63,884 nucleotides of DNA, filler included, from Choristocarpus tenellus KU-1152 (GCA_964200185.2; 12 parts of 12 records of this genome joined end to end with filler, not necessarily neighbours in it); one strand, 5' to 3'; shown: positions 48,985-61,640, counted from the whole stretch's first letter. Translations and numbers: made by a program. Notes: generated by a model from the letters alone, not told the origin.

Positions 48985-49200
48985 AGGAATTATTCCGCCC
49001 CCGAACTCTTAACACCTGGTTATACCTCTTAAACACACTCTTCCACCCCCCCTCGAGCTTGTCTGCGTTGTACGTGTGAAGCATGCTCTTATCTTAACCT
49101 CCTCTGTAAAGTCATCGATGGTGCAGTAAGGCTCCACCCAAACCCTCCTCCTCAGGGATGCGAAAAGACTCAAATTATTGATGTTGAGATCCTGTTCCCT
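48985..49200 (-). mobile_element. DD39D mariner-like transposase C-terminal remnant
   Basis: QDLNINNLSLFASL (compare SPDLNVxDLGFF) and YNADKLE..WKSVF..YNQVL..RGRNN. Confidence 0.6.
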
Positions 49201-49496
49201 TGCTGTCGATGTGGAGGACTGCTGGAGAGGTATACCTTTGAGCGCGTACTGTTGGGGTTGTGAGGTTGGTAGGTGACTCCAGGGTACACCAGGATATTAT
49301 AAAATGGGCCGAATATTCCCCATTCTGTATTCCATTACTTCGGAACCATTTCAGAACGGTATCCTTTGCAGTATTCTCGATTTTTCCAGGCTGTTGTAGA
49401 ATACGCCAAGCAATCCAACGCAATATTCGTTTTTTAATCGGAAGTCATCTCTGAGAGCTACAACTTAGTGACCTGGGCGTATGGGAGAGAGGGAGT

Positions 49497-49752
49497 GACC
49501 TAAAGTATCTGGGGGGGGATGAGGTTTTCACCAGGGTGTCCATTTGGACCATGACCAGGAAAAGTGCACTTACATAATCCATCCGACGTATGCAACCAAG
49601 TCGCACAAGAATAGCGACATGAAAAAATTGACCCCAAATGGATAGCCACCACCCCTCCCCCAGATACTTCGAAACGAAATCACACACACATCGTGACTTG
49701 AAAAAATTGACCCCAAATGGACAGTCGGCACCCCCCCCAAATACTTTGAGCC
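49497..49752 (+). mobile_element. MITE family B with duplicated right arm
   Basis: TSD GAGT/GAGT; gac.tgaaaaaattgaccccaaatgga..cccc.agatactt block present twice. Confidence 0.85.
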
Positions 49753-50189
49753 GAGTACAACTGCACTCCAACCCCCCCCGCATGGGTACTTTTTACTACA
49801 CACACAGGAACTTGCATACCTACTAGCACATATATCGAAGATAAAAATCTTATCATTTTCAATTTCAATCTTGTTGGAGAAGTGCTAGGAGGGTCACAAC
49901 CATACAATATACATGATACAGTGCTAAAGGATGAATGATGGAGGAATTCACTCTCTTGGGGAGAAAGTGTAGTCATATAGGTAGGTCTGTGTAGTCGGCC
50001 CTACACTACATTCACTAGAAAAGCTTTAGGTGAGTGTTCCCTTGGTCAAGAAATAATAATCTCAACTACATAGTACCTTACCTACACAGGTCTCGCATAG
50101 GTGCCGCCGTCCCAGGCCTCGACCATTGATCTTCCCCCATTGGTCTTCCCAAATCACTCGGGATAGGCAAAATGAGAAGAAAAAAAATG

Positions 50190-50262
50190 TGGAGAATGTG
50201 GGTATCGATCCCACTACTTCTTCCATGCTAAGGAAGCGCTCTACCATTTGAGCTAATCCCCC
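50190..50262 (-). tRNA. tRNA-Ala (anticodon AGC)
   Basis: GGGGGATTAGCTCAAATGGTAGAGCG-CTTCC TT AGC AT GGAAG-...GGGATCGATACCC ACATTCTCCA; 73 nt; followed by an oligo-T Pol III terminator. Confidence 0.95.
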
Positions 50263-51249
50263 GTATTGAGTATATGTGACCAACCATATTATTTTCTATT
50301 CAGAGTACGTATGATACTTACGTACAATGTACCAATCACATAGTTGGTCTACAAAACAACTATACTATCACCATTTACCGTGGACGGCATAGATGGGTTG
50401 GGAGGGAGGATAGTGAGAACGTGCAACTTCCAATGGGTTTTAATACCAAATCTTAATATGTTTCTTTCTGGGATAATACAATTTTATAGTTGGAACCATG
50501 AAAGCAAATATGAAAGAGATCGACAGGAACTTCGGCATACATGTGGTGCATCATGCTGGGGCTCTCTTGTGTTGGACGTATTAAGCTGTTTCGTTATTGT
50601 GGGGTTCGTCTTTGCCTTTTCCCTCGCATGATGCATCTGTAAATTACAGTGAGCATAATAATGATAATATTCCCAGTATATCACATTTTGTTGTATTTCT
50701 TTGGAGGATATGTGATAAGAGTTGACGGAACAGTATGACTGCGAAAGAAACCGATGACAGTGAACTATTGAACTTGCACAATCAGCAGTATTGTGTACAT
50801 GGTGGTGTGCCTTGGAATGGCATACTGATGTGCGGATCCCCTCAATATCTTGTTCGCAGGAATCTCCGATTTGTTGGAAGGGGAAAGTCAAGTCTTGTTT
50901 GACAAATACTCTCTATCATTGCACAAGTGAATCTTTCGAGGCACACCATGCGTTTCGAGATACATACATCAGAGATGTGAGCAACAACGGGGCCTGGCAG
51001 ATTCCTCGATTACTTTGCTAGGTCCTTGCTATCCTTCATAGGGCTAGAATGGATGCAAGGCAACGTGATCATTGGTTGAAGGTAACTACTATCTCCAATG
51101 GGACACTACTGAAGATTTACTTATTATGAAGTAATTCTAGTACATATTAAGGGAGGTTTATTAGCGAAGACAACCATTGTAAGTACATAGTTCTTGCAAT
51201 GTAGTTTTGGTCTCTTTCTCCCCTTCCATGATAAGCTTTCGGTCTCACC

Positions 51250-51400
51250 TTCACAATGTAATGCTTATTCTGCGCCTGTGGGGGTTTTGGGGGGTCGTCA
51301 GTGGGGTGCAGGTACACACCTTGCCCATCTTCAAGAACGAAAAAACACTTCTCGTCCACATACACCAAGCCATATAGATCGTCCACTAATATCCCACTAC
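51250..51400 (-). mobile_element. DD39D mariner-like transposase remnant (first catalytic D)
   Basis: LVYVDEKCFF...VYLHP.D.PP...QNKHYIVKV (compare VHVDEKWF..YL..E..P..KSK.FI.KVMF). Confidence 0.7.
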
Positions 51401-51433
51401 TCTCTCCCTCCTTTGCAAGTGACTGATGACAAA

Positions 51434-51587
51434 GAGTGAAAGTATTTTAGAGGGTACGAGTTTCGCCCTGTTTGTCCATTTGGGGCTTGGCTTCCCATGT
51501 TTTATTTTTTTTATCACATTTTCCTCCTCAAAATGTTTCGGGGTAGATAAAATGGATAACTTATGAAAAGGTGTGCCAGGAACAAGG
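51434..51587 (-). mobile_element. MITE family A, interrupted by a family C element
   Basis: Family A homology stops at aacaagg, where TGTTACAGGCG begins. Confidence 0.8.
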
Positions 51588-51673
51588 TGTTACAGGCGCC
51601 CAGGCGCCCCTCAATGCTCACCTTCCAGGATGTACAACTCAAATCCAACGACCTCAAAACGATGCTATGGGGG
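51588..51673 (+). mobile_element. Family C left end nested in MITE A
   Basis: tgttacaggcgccc...caggatgtacaactcaaatccaacgacc. Confidence 0.8.
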
Positions 51674-51773
51674 NNNNNNNNNNNNNNNNNNNNNNNNNNN
51701 NNNNNNNNNNNNNNNNNTTAATTAATTAANNNNNNNNNNNNNNNNNNNNNNNNNNNNNNNNNNNNNNNNNNNN
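51674..51773. other. Artificial contig linker
   Basis: 44N-TTAATTAATTAA-44N. Confidence 0.98.
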
Positions 51774-53263
51774 CTCCTGCAGCAGACCATTCCCATCCCG
51801 GTCCCCCTCTCCGTACACCGAGTAAGCTCCCACCCCCCCCTCCTTCAGCGGGGTCGCACTCCCCGGGTTTGCCAAGAGCCTCACCGTGTCCATCAAGAGG
51901 GGGGGGGGGACAGACCCCATCAACAGCGCTCGGTACGCCTCCTCCACTGACAGTGACCCCAGACCGTCGCTCTCCAGTTTTCTGAGTTGTGTGAAATCAA
52001 ATCAATGAGGAATGAGTTAAGGTTATAGCGAGAAAACGGGAGAGAGAGGGATGGGAGGGTTTGGTAAAGGGTGTAGGTAGGCGTGTGCGTGCAAGTGTGT
52101 GTGTGTGTGGTACGCGTGATCGTCTCGCGGAGAGCTATGTACAGATACTGTTATTAACATTATTAGTAGTAGTAGTAGTAGTAGCAGTATTATTACTAAT
52201 GACAAATAATAAATATCAACTCTCCAATTTCTCGTTTCGCCTTTCTGACAAGGTAATGTGCTTGTTTGTACTCCTCTCAACTTTTTTTCCTTTTTGATTG
52301 AAGTACACAGCAATGACAGATACAGACTTTTCGGGGGGGGGGCGGAGGGGGTTTCAACTTAAAAAATATATATATTTCAAAAAACAGTCCCAATACTCAA
52401 AAGTACTACTGTCTGTTTAAAATATATATATATATTTCTTACAGAGGGCACAATCACTGTACCACACCATTCCTGCCGCTCCTATTCAGAGGGTCACAGG
52501 GCAGAGGGATTGATTCAAAGGTGTGCAGTAGGCCCCAACAAATTCAAAACTGGTGACATTTTGAGCCATCAAGATCAAACCACTCCTAAAAAACATATCC
52601 AATTGCCATGGTAGTAAATACTTTATGCCTTTTATACATTCCAAAAAGTATGTTTCCTAATTCATGAGCAGCAAAAGTCGAATTTCACCCTCATCTTACT
52701 GTTGCATTACTACTACCTTGGTAGCCCCCCTCACTTCCCCCCCTTCCTACCCCTCCCCTAGCCAACACTACACACCACTCCCTGGCCATCTATTCGCTTA
52801 CCTGACCACCCCCTCCAACAAATTCAGCTGACGTTTGGTTTGCGGAGGCATCAACTTGACCAGCGACTCCTCCATGTTCCTGTAAGTAGCATTCAGCTGC
52901 ACCAACAGACTTCCCTGAAACAAGCAACAGTCAACAATCAACAAACAACAAACAACACACTCACACCCACACCTCATTCTTGGCAACAGTTGATGGTGCA
53001 ATGACATACAACACACAACCCTATCGGAGGCATGTAAACACATAAGACAGACTGAGGAAGGAACGTGGTGAGTAGATTTGGGAGGCACAACACAGAGTCA
53101 AAATGAGGTATACCCTAACCCCAACAATTATAGAAACCCCTACCCAATCATAACCCCCGCCCCCCCCCAACACACACATACCTCTTCTGCATTGGTCGTG
53201 ATGTTTTGCAGCAGCATCTGTGTTTGTAGCTCCACCACGTCCCGAAGAAGAGCCTCCTGGTAG
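51774..53263 (-). CDS. Internal exons of an unknown gene (53263-53182, 52914-52802, 51981-51774)
   Basis: Canonical AG/GT sites with consistent phases give YQEALLRDVVELQ..NAEE|GSLLVQLNATY..GVVR|KLESDGLGSLSVEEAYRALL. Confidence 0.6.
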
Positions 53264-53497
53264 CTATTGCCCACCCCCCGCTGTTTCCACTCCTCTAAAA
53301 AAAGGGAGGCGTGTGTTGCACAGGGCTACATTACCACTGGACCAGGTGTTGAAGGAGAACGGATGAATGGGAGGTGGGGGTACTAAAGGGTGCAATACGC
53401 CTCCTGTGGGAGGGCGTACAATCAGTGGGCCATGCCTTGAAGTTGTGAATCTTCTCCCAACTAGTCACAAAAGAGATGTATCCTGTATTCCCCGTGC

Positions 53498-54152
53498 TTA
53501 TCCAACTAATTGAAGTGTTTGATCGATAAACTATTCTGTTTTTTTAATCTAACTAATTGAGGCGTTTTATCGATAAACTATTCTGTTTTTATCCAACTAA
53601 TTGAGGGAGTGGAAGTATCTTAGAGGGTACGAGTTTTGTTTGCCCTGTTTCTCCATTTGGGTCTTGGTTTCTCTTGGGGGTTTTTATGACATTTACGTAC
53701 TCCAAAATATCTCGGAGTGGGTAAAATGTATACGTTATGAAAAGGTGTATCCAGAAGAAGGATGCTGATACTTCCCAACAAACACGATAGCCAAAATTAC
53801 ATCAAAATCGCAACATTGGGTTTTGGTTCCCAAATGGACGCGGCTCTACCCTCTAACGTACTTTGGCTCAGGTGCTTCGATCACCAAATTATTCTGTTTT
53901 ATCCAAATAACTGAATCGTTTGATCATTAAATTATTCCGTTTTATCCAACTAACTGAATCATTTGATCATTAAATTATTCCGTTTTATTCAACTGACTGA
54001 ATCGTTTGATTTTTAAATTATTCCGTTTTATCCAACTGACTGAATCGTTTGATTTTTAAATTATTCCGTTTTATCCAACTAACTGAATCGTTTGATTTTT
54101 AAATTATTCCGTTTTATCCAACTAACTGAATCGTTTGATCATTAAATTATTC
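53498..54152 (+). repeat. ~43-bp minisatellite interrupted by a MITE
   Basis: ttatccaactaactgaatcgtttgat(cat/ttt)taaattattccgtt repeated; more diverged units left of the MITE. Confidence 0.9.
53607..53869 (-). mobile_element. MITE family A inserted in minisatellite
   Basis: Full copy; TSD AGG (3 bp), supported by neighbouring empty repeat units. Confidence 0.85.
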
Positions 54153-55713
54153 TGTGCGCATTCATTCGCGTCCAATGTTCCCACTCACACAGGTAATCTG
54201 GGGCCATTTGGGGAAATGTCACAATGCAAGGGACATCTCTTGCTCGCTGCTGAACTAATAGTCCAAGCCCAAAATAGAACACGATTCAGAATTCTGGCTT
54301 ACTCCCTCACCAACTGGGGAGGGGTGGTTAAGTTGTGACTTGCCACTTGCCAGGGGTGGAAAACTCCTAGCCACACAACTGAGACCTAACCTATTCATTG
54401 GCCAGCGCTCAACCAATCCAACTTTGTAATCTCAAGCCCAGTCAACCAATTCCAAACTCTTTTTCCCCCTGCTTTCATGTCCACCTTGACCATAAAAGGT
54501 ATTGCCAACCATATAGGGTACACCTTGGTAGGAGAGATCTTTGTTGCTGTAGTAGCATATGTACAGTCGGAGAGGGGCCATTTTGCACGCCTTCCATTGA
54601 CACCACTGCAAAATAGACAAACAAAAAATCACACAAATTTCAAGCACCTCATCAACTTGACCCCCTCCCACCCCCTCCTTCTAAGAAACCTCCATGGAAG
54701 TTTCCAACACAATCTCGTACACACAATACGGCAGTCCTTTTGATAGACATCAAAACTGGCTCTATTATTGCCCAGTTGCATAAAAAAAAAAAACGAAAAA
54801 AATCATACATTACAAACATCAAGCTTCTGTGTGGAGGAGCACTAGGGGAAACAAGCCAACCCCCTCCCCTACAAGAAATAGACACCACCACCAACAACAG
54901 CAAAAGCAACGGATGGAACGATCCTCACACTCACACCCTAACCCTCACCCAATACGTACCACAGTGCACTACTGTTTACCCGACCCTACCGACAACGGTA
55001 CCAATATCCTCCCACTGTCATAAAGAAAGCCAGGAAAAAAGAGGATAGTCATATGCCAGGGTTTGAACTCACAACCTCTCACTACGTCAAGGTATTGAGA
55101 TATCGGTTTTACAACCTAGGGCAGCCTGTTCTGCTCTATTTCTTGACAAGATTGTTGGCGGCCAAAAGCCCTGATGTGGACAAATAAGACCATCTTTGTC
55201 GCAGGTAATAAGTGGTCGATTTGCGCTCTGGTTCTTGGGTTTGACATCAGTGAGGACGAGGAAGTGCCTGCGCGAGGGCGTAATGGTTCCCACATCCAAC
55301 CAGTTGCTTAAAAAAAAAAAAAAAAAAAAGAGGTCGAAATCTCACATTATTTTTATTTTTGTTCATTCAAAAAACGGAATCGATTCTCAAGCGAGATCAA
55401 AGTTTTACAAAGACCACCGCTCGCTTATTTCGTTTCATTATAGAATATATTTTATTTTATTTTATTTTATTATTATAGTTTATAGCTCTTGCACTGGAGC
55501 GTTTCTATCTTCTTTTTTTTTGGCAAATCATCACAAAAACATGAAAAATCAACGTCTTACCAGCTTGTCAAATACGACAAACAATTATACCCACACACAA
55601 GCACCTGCTCCCTAACACCACGGGGAAAAATCAGAACAGAAATCAGTTCCATATAACCCGTGGGAAAATAACACTGCATGCAGGTATTAGCCATCGTGTG
55701 TGTGTGTGGGGGG

Positions 55714-55813
55714 NNNNNNNNNNNNNNNNNNNNNNNNNNNNNNNNNNNNNNNNNNNNTTAATTAATTAANNNNNNNNNNNNNNNNNNNNNNNNNNNNNNN
55801 NNNNNNNNNNNNN
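55714..55813. other. Artificial contig linker
   Basis: 44N-TTAATTAATTAA-44N. Confidence 0.98.
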
Positions 55814-56414
55814 GCTCTTCCGACCCCCCCCTCCCCCCCCCCCCAGATACTTTTGATTATAGACAGTCTACTATCCCTGTAGTTTGCATAACCAGTATCT
55901 GTATAGCCAATCAATTGATCCCTAGGTCTATTCCCATGTAGTCCAAGATCTCCAAGGGTAATGCCACGATCTCTAGTGCCTAATAGGTACCCAATCACTC
56001 TCTCAGCATTCAACCAATCTGACCAACTTGGATTCTTCACACAAGATGCCAACTCTCTAACTAAGGGAAAAGAAACATCAGGTCTAGTCATGATAGCAGC
56101 CCATTGGATACCACCAATCATAGATCTGTAGTCGTCTGGAACAGGCTCCTCCTGCTCCACCCTTTTTGTCCATCCAGTTGTCCTAGTCCCCCCTTGGACC
56201 TCTGCACTCTCCTTTCCCATCCATCTGCCTCGGTTGAAAATCTTGTCCCTACTTAATGGGTAAGCAAACTGGATATTTGAATGTCTGTCGTGCCCGCCCA
56301 TTTTCTCATCCACAGCCCCTTTCCATAAGGGCCACTCCTCCGGTTTCATTTCCTCTCATATTTTCTTGGGTTCTGGTGGGAGGAGTTTATCTTTCCCAAC
56401 AACAAGCAGACCTC

Positions 56415-56472
56415 CAGTCTCTGCTCGCCCAGTCTCTGCTCGCCCAGTCTCTGCTCGCCCAGTCTCTGCTCG
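56415..56472 (+). repeat. 15-bp tandem repeat x~4 inside Copia
   Basis: cagtctctgctcgcc repeated (EQRLG on the minus strand). Confidence 0.9.
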
Positions 56473-57630
56473 TACCACAATGCACGCTCAGATGGTTCAC
56501 CAGGTTCAGGTGGGGTGTCATGGTTATGGTCCGCCAGTTGCAGTAACAACTTTCCACCATTCCCCTGCTGTGACGTAGGCGGATCAATACCACCAGCACC
56601 AGTGTTCAGCATCCCATCAGTACTTCCTTCCTCCACAATGTTCTCTATCTCTATTCCACCTTTACTACTTCCAAGTTCCAAATCTGAATCTGCATGTTCC
56701 GAATCCACCCGTTCTGGAATAATTTCCTCTGGAACCTCTTCTTCCAGTCCCAAAGAAATCGCTGTTGACTATTCTCCCTCAATTTATAAGAACTCGCAAA
56801 GAATCAGAAGGGCGGTTGGAAGAACATCCCATCATCAAGCAAGGTTCGGCTCTTGGAGCCAACTTATGCATCAGTTAATCCAATCTTGTGAACCCAAAGA
56901 GGCAACAAGTGAGGGTGGGTTGAACACCATAATACATTTCATAGGGTGATTTCCATGGTGGGTTAGCAGATGTGGGACGAAGGTTTGTTAGTGTCGTAGC
57001 CATGTTGTGCGCCTCCACCCACAAACCCAACCGATCCCTCAATCCAACCGCATGCATCATGACCAGCCCCTTCTCCGCTATTAGTGCAATTGTGCGTTCA
57101 ACTTTCTCATTCAATCGGGGGTACTCGGAACGGTGTACTCTTGTCGAATCTTGTGTTGATCCAACATCCCCTCGAAGTCCCCATTGTTGAACTCCTTGCC
57201 CTCATCAGTCCTCACACACCCAATGCGAAATTTTTCCACATCTGCCACATCTCGAATAAAAGCCCGAAAAACCATTGGAGTTTCATTCTTGGCTCGCAGG
57301 AATCGATTCAATTTCATTCCTGTCTTGTCATATACCATCAGCATCTCATAAAGGTGTCCACCCGGGCTACTTTCTGTTGGCTTCGGTCCGCTCAAATCTA
57401 TGAAAACCCGTCCCAATCGTCGGTCAGACTTACTCTCTGTTACCTTGGCTACTGGTTTCCGATTAGTCTTGCCAATAACGCACCCCTTGCAGAATTGCAG
57501 AAGTACTATTGCCACTTCCCAATTAAATAAATCCCACCATCCTTAGCATACCTGCGTACCATCGCCTCATTGCAGTGGCTGATTTGCATATGCATCTGGT
57601 TGATATCCACTCTAGTAGTAGGTCACATCT

Positions 57631-57809
57631 GACCCAAAGTATCTGGGGGGGGAAGGGGGGTCTACATCAGGGTGTCCATTTGGGGCATAACCAGGAAAAG
57701 TGCACTTTCATTATCCACCCGACGATGGAATAAAATAACCCAAAAATTGCGACATGAAAAAATTGGCCCCGAGTGGACAGCCGCCACCCCCCCCTAGATA
57801 CTTTGATCC
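57631..57809 (+). mobile_element. MITE family B in Copia pol
   Basis: Flanks ATCT/ATTT; removing it with 4 bp restores the pol frame. Confidence 0.85.
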
Positions 57810-58062
57810 ATTTCACCACTTGGGCCCCATGGGGCCGTGATAAAAGCTCCAGCCTCACCTTGGGCGAGCTCGTCAGGCCCACCATTGCCTGATATTGATG
57901 TGAGATGTACATCACCAGTTCCCATACTTGAGGCGAGCTCCTCCCCCTCAACAGTCCACCCTGGGACGATGGTATATGCATTAATTCCACGCAGTTCTTC
58001 AACACCCACCTCTGATGTTGCAGTTGTACTCGTTGACCCCCCTGGATCAATAACTGACCGTA

Positions 58063-58239
58063 GACCCAAAGTATCTGGGGGGGGGGGCTATCTACACCAG
58101 GGTGACCATTTACCCCAAAACTGTGGAAAGTGCATTACATTATCCATCCGACGTGTGCAACCAAATCACCCCAAAACCGCGACATTAAAAAATTGACCCC
58201 AATTGGACGGCTGCCTCCCGCCCCCATATACTTTGAACC
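58063..58239 (+). mobile_element. MITE family B in Copia pol
   Basis: TSD CGTA/CGTA; removal restores the frame (KMVRSVIDP). Confidence 0.85.
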
Positions 58240-60145
58240 CGTACCATCTTTGGGGTAGGTCCCTCCCCCCCAAGAATCCCCTCTGGGACGATGACATTCA
58301 CTTCAACCCCCTTAGAGGGGAGTGTACTCATTGCTACAGCATCCTCCACTGATGTAGTAGCCTCTAACATCAATCCTTCTCGATCAACATCTCCATCACT
58401 CCCCTCTTGGGTGAGATTGTCATCTCTAGTCCCAGCGTGGGCTAGGTTGATACCTCCAGTCTCATCCTGCGCGAAGTCGATTCCTCTAACCTCCTCCTGG
58501 GCACGGTCGATACTTACATCCCCATCCTGTGCGAAATAGACACCTCCAGCCTCCTCTTGGGTGAGGTTGATTGCGGCTGTTCCTCCAAGCACAAATGCCA
58601 TTTCGGTCTCATCAAGTGGGTAGGGGGGAGTTGGTCTACGTGATGGTATAGGTGTTGTAGTTATTCTCCTCCTAGCCTTCAATGTGAACAAATCAAAATT
58701 CTAAGTTTAACTCTGGAACCAACAACAGATTGCACAAAACAAAATCATAAACCTTCTCATTCTGTATAGAACGTAGAGGTAAGTTTCCAACCATGGTCGC
58801 ATGAAGTTTCTGCCCTGTCCCAACAGTCACAGACTTTCCACTAACAGGTCGTCGGTCTGTCACATCAATGGGGGTGTTGGTCATGTGGGCAGAACTCCCA
58901 GTATCAATATACCATACATTATCCCACTGTTCAACGTTCTCATCCATCACTGTCGAGAAACCTCCAAGCATCTTCGGTGGTCCATTATTTCCACCATTCG
59001 CCTTCCCTTGACCATGCCTCATCCTCTACGCAGTCACTGCACCAACATCTACAACTTGTGAGGCGGCTGCCATAGCCACTGCACGTCCAGGACAATTTTT
59101 AGCTTTGTGTCCTGGTCCGCTACAAATGTAGAAGGTACCAGATAATTTACCTGTTACAGGTGGGGAAGAAGCAGACGGATGAACAGACGGGCAAGCAGAC
59201 ATGTAGTGTGGTTCACCGCATTTGAAAAAAAATACTCCTTGACCATGATGTCCAACCGATGATGTTGAGCGTGATCCATGATTAAAAGTCGAGCTTCCAC
59301 TAGACATCAGTGCTCCATTGTGGTTCCCAATACCACCGTTCCCCAACCTCTTCTTCATCCTGTGGGTTTCGCAAACCCTCTTCTGAAGTTGCAACCTAGC
59401 CGTTTGACCCGCGTAGGAAATCTGACAAATCTCTATAATGTACAGTAGCAAAACAGTTGTGAATTACTGCCAGCTGTTCTTCTTCATCTGGTTCAACGCC
59501 GAGAATCCGCAACTTCTTCACCAACTTCTCCATCTCTTGAATAATATCAGCAGGATCTGCCCCAATTGGTAGACACAGTTCATGAAGCTTGGTCCTGAAG
59601 GTCGCTCGTTCGGTGATACCATCTTTTTCGAACGGTCTCTCAGTGCCTGAAAACCTTCTGACGGGCTGCTGTGATTGTCGACAATGTCGAGTGCAAGTCC
59701 ACCTACACTCATAACCAGCCCAGCCAATGCCATGCTGACTTCTTGTACTTCCCAGCGTGTCCACCTTGACGTGTTGCTTCCCTCCAGACCCACCCTGATG
59801 TGGTTGAGAGTAAATAGGGCATCCTTCCACCCATCCATGGCATCACAAGTTAACAGTCGTTTCATATACTTGAGAAATCCCTCCCCATCATCGTCATCAT
59901 TATACACCACAAACTTGGAGGGAAGTGGGATGAGGTGCTGCAGGATCACTCCTGCAGTCCTTCTTGTAGTCACAATCCCCCTCATCGCTAGCTCCTCCTC
60001 ATCATAGAAGCCCTGTACTTCCACCCCGACATCATCATCCTCCATGTTCATATTATCGACAGCATACGCCATTGGGACTCCGTCTGGCCCTTCTACTACT
60101 AGCTTTCTTGAGATATCAGCACACTTTAAAGTATGCTAGGTAGTA

Positions 60146-60694
60146 TGTTAAAGAATGTGTAGAATCCCAAGCCTTGATATAGAAATATGTAGATTCATTC
60201 CTTGTCAGCTATGTTGTAGTAGGTAGAAGGTTGGAGTGAGAAACACCCTCCAAGCGGGGGGGAGTGATTAACCTTTCACTCATCCACTATTACTAATAAT
60301 AACTTATCACTCAGTCTGTGCTACTGGTTACAACATTCCTTTTCCAGGATTCTTCTTATGATACTACAATAACCTGAATATTGTTATCTTAATCAGTCAA
60401 CAGAGAGATTATTATCAACCATCCAGTCATCCAACAGTTCTCCTACTGCACTCTAATTATCTATCTAACCGATTGTTTCCTTAAAAAGTATTTTCCCACA
60501 TGAATTTAAAGCATGATCTTGACACCCTACTTCCACATAGAGCAACAGCTAGTTTGTAGTGTACACACAATCTGTGGGGAACCCTCATATAGGCGGCAGG
60601 GTATATGGCAGGACCCTGTTATCAGACAGCCAATTCAGTTACCGCAATCTGGTACAAGGTGGTGACCACCTTACATAGGTCCTGACCTTCAACA
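60146..60694 (-). repeat. Candidate 5' LTR of the Copia element
   Basis: Minus strand TGTTGAAG...CTTTAACA (7/8 inverted termini), just upstream of the gag ATG at 60072; no clear PBS seen. Confidence 0.5.
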
Positions 60695-60892
60695 AGGTGG
60701 TGCTATTGCGGAAGCCCATGATTGTGCCACGGCACCACAGCACAGTTGTCCCTGCATCACTCATGCTGCCATGGTGGAGCGGACTGCACTACTTGTAACA
60801 AGAAGTGCTGCACCCTGTGCACCAAGCTGCCAGGAAGGGTGTGGCCAACGGTTCCAAGGACGCTGGGGTGGTGCAGGTGGTGGAAGAAGTTA

Positions 60893-61058
60893 GACCCAAA
60901 GTATCTGGGGGGGGCGGGGGGGCGGGGGGTCTATGCCAGGGTGTCCATTTGGGTCAAAATCTGGAAAAGTGCATTTACATTATCCATCCGATGTATGCAA
61001 CCAAATCATTCAAAAATCGCGACATGAAAAACTTGACCCCCCAAATGTACAGCCCCCC
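60893..61058 (+). mobile_element. MITE family B, truncated by contig end
   Basis: gacccaaagtatctgggg... Confidence 0.85.
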
Positions 61059-61158
61059 NNNNNNNNNNNNNNNNNNNNNNNNNNNNNNNNNNNNNNNNNN
61101 NNTTAATTAATTAANNNNNNNNNNNNNNNNNNNNNNNNNNNNNNNNNNNNNNNNNNNN
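61059..61158. other. Artificial contig linker
   Basis: 44N-TTAATTAATTAA-44N. Confidence 0.98.
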
Positions 61159-61640
61159 TACTGCTGTATGGTAGCATGACTCAGGAAGAAAGGCACTTTT
61201 CGAGAGAAATTTTTACGCGCGCGCCAAACTCGCCGAATACGAGAATTCCGGTACAAAAACCTATTTTTTTTAGCATGTCGAAAAAATCGGTACAAAATTG
61301 CATATTTTTCGATTTGGTTCAAAAATATTGGGCCCAAAATAGGGGTACCTACTGTATATGTATAGAATTTTAGCATCAGAATTATTAACTTTCTCTGTGC
61401 TGAAAAAGAAGAGGTGTTCTCACATCACAAATAAATAAACAACACAACAGAATGAATATGCCGCGTCCCCTTCTAGTGTGGTCTTTTTTATGCAGCGCTC
61501 CTTGTACCCTATATATATGGACACGACCTACAACGAGTACACATTCGTCTCTCCTAGATATGGCACTTTTACGACATTCGTATGATATTCTGCACTCCAT
61601 AAAGGACATAATTATACCTCTAAAATATACCAACGCGAAT

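Larger units (their letters stand above)
55857..60694 (-). mobile_element. Decayed Ty1/Copia LTR retrotransposon
   Basis: Domain order gag (UBN2-like, CCHC knuckles), protease WYIDTGSSAHM, pre-integrase H..H/C..C, integrase (VFIDLSGP, VRTDEGKEF, NEKVER), RT (mostly deleted; YRSMIG..TRPDVS), RNase H GYTDT.YA; many frameshifts. Confidence 0.9.

Noticed and set aside
50062-50283. 73-aa ORF
   Set aside because: Translation through the tRNA-Ala gene
50640-51010. Possible PIF/Harbinger transposase remnant
   Set aside because: Resemblance too weak to support without a search
3160-61158. Recurrent TTAATTAATTAA palindromes as a biological motif, and ORFs running into them
   Set aside because: Always centred in exactly 44+44 N: an artificial six-frame-stop linker. 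Adjacency across linkers is meaningless.
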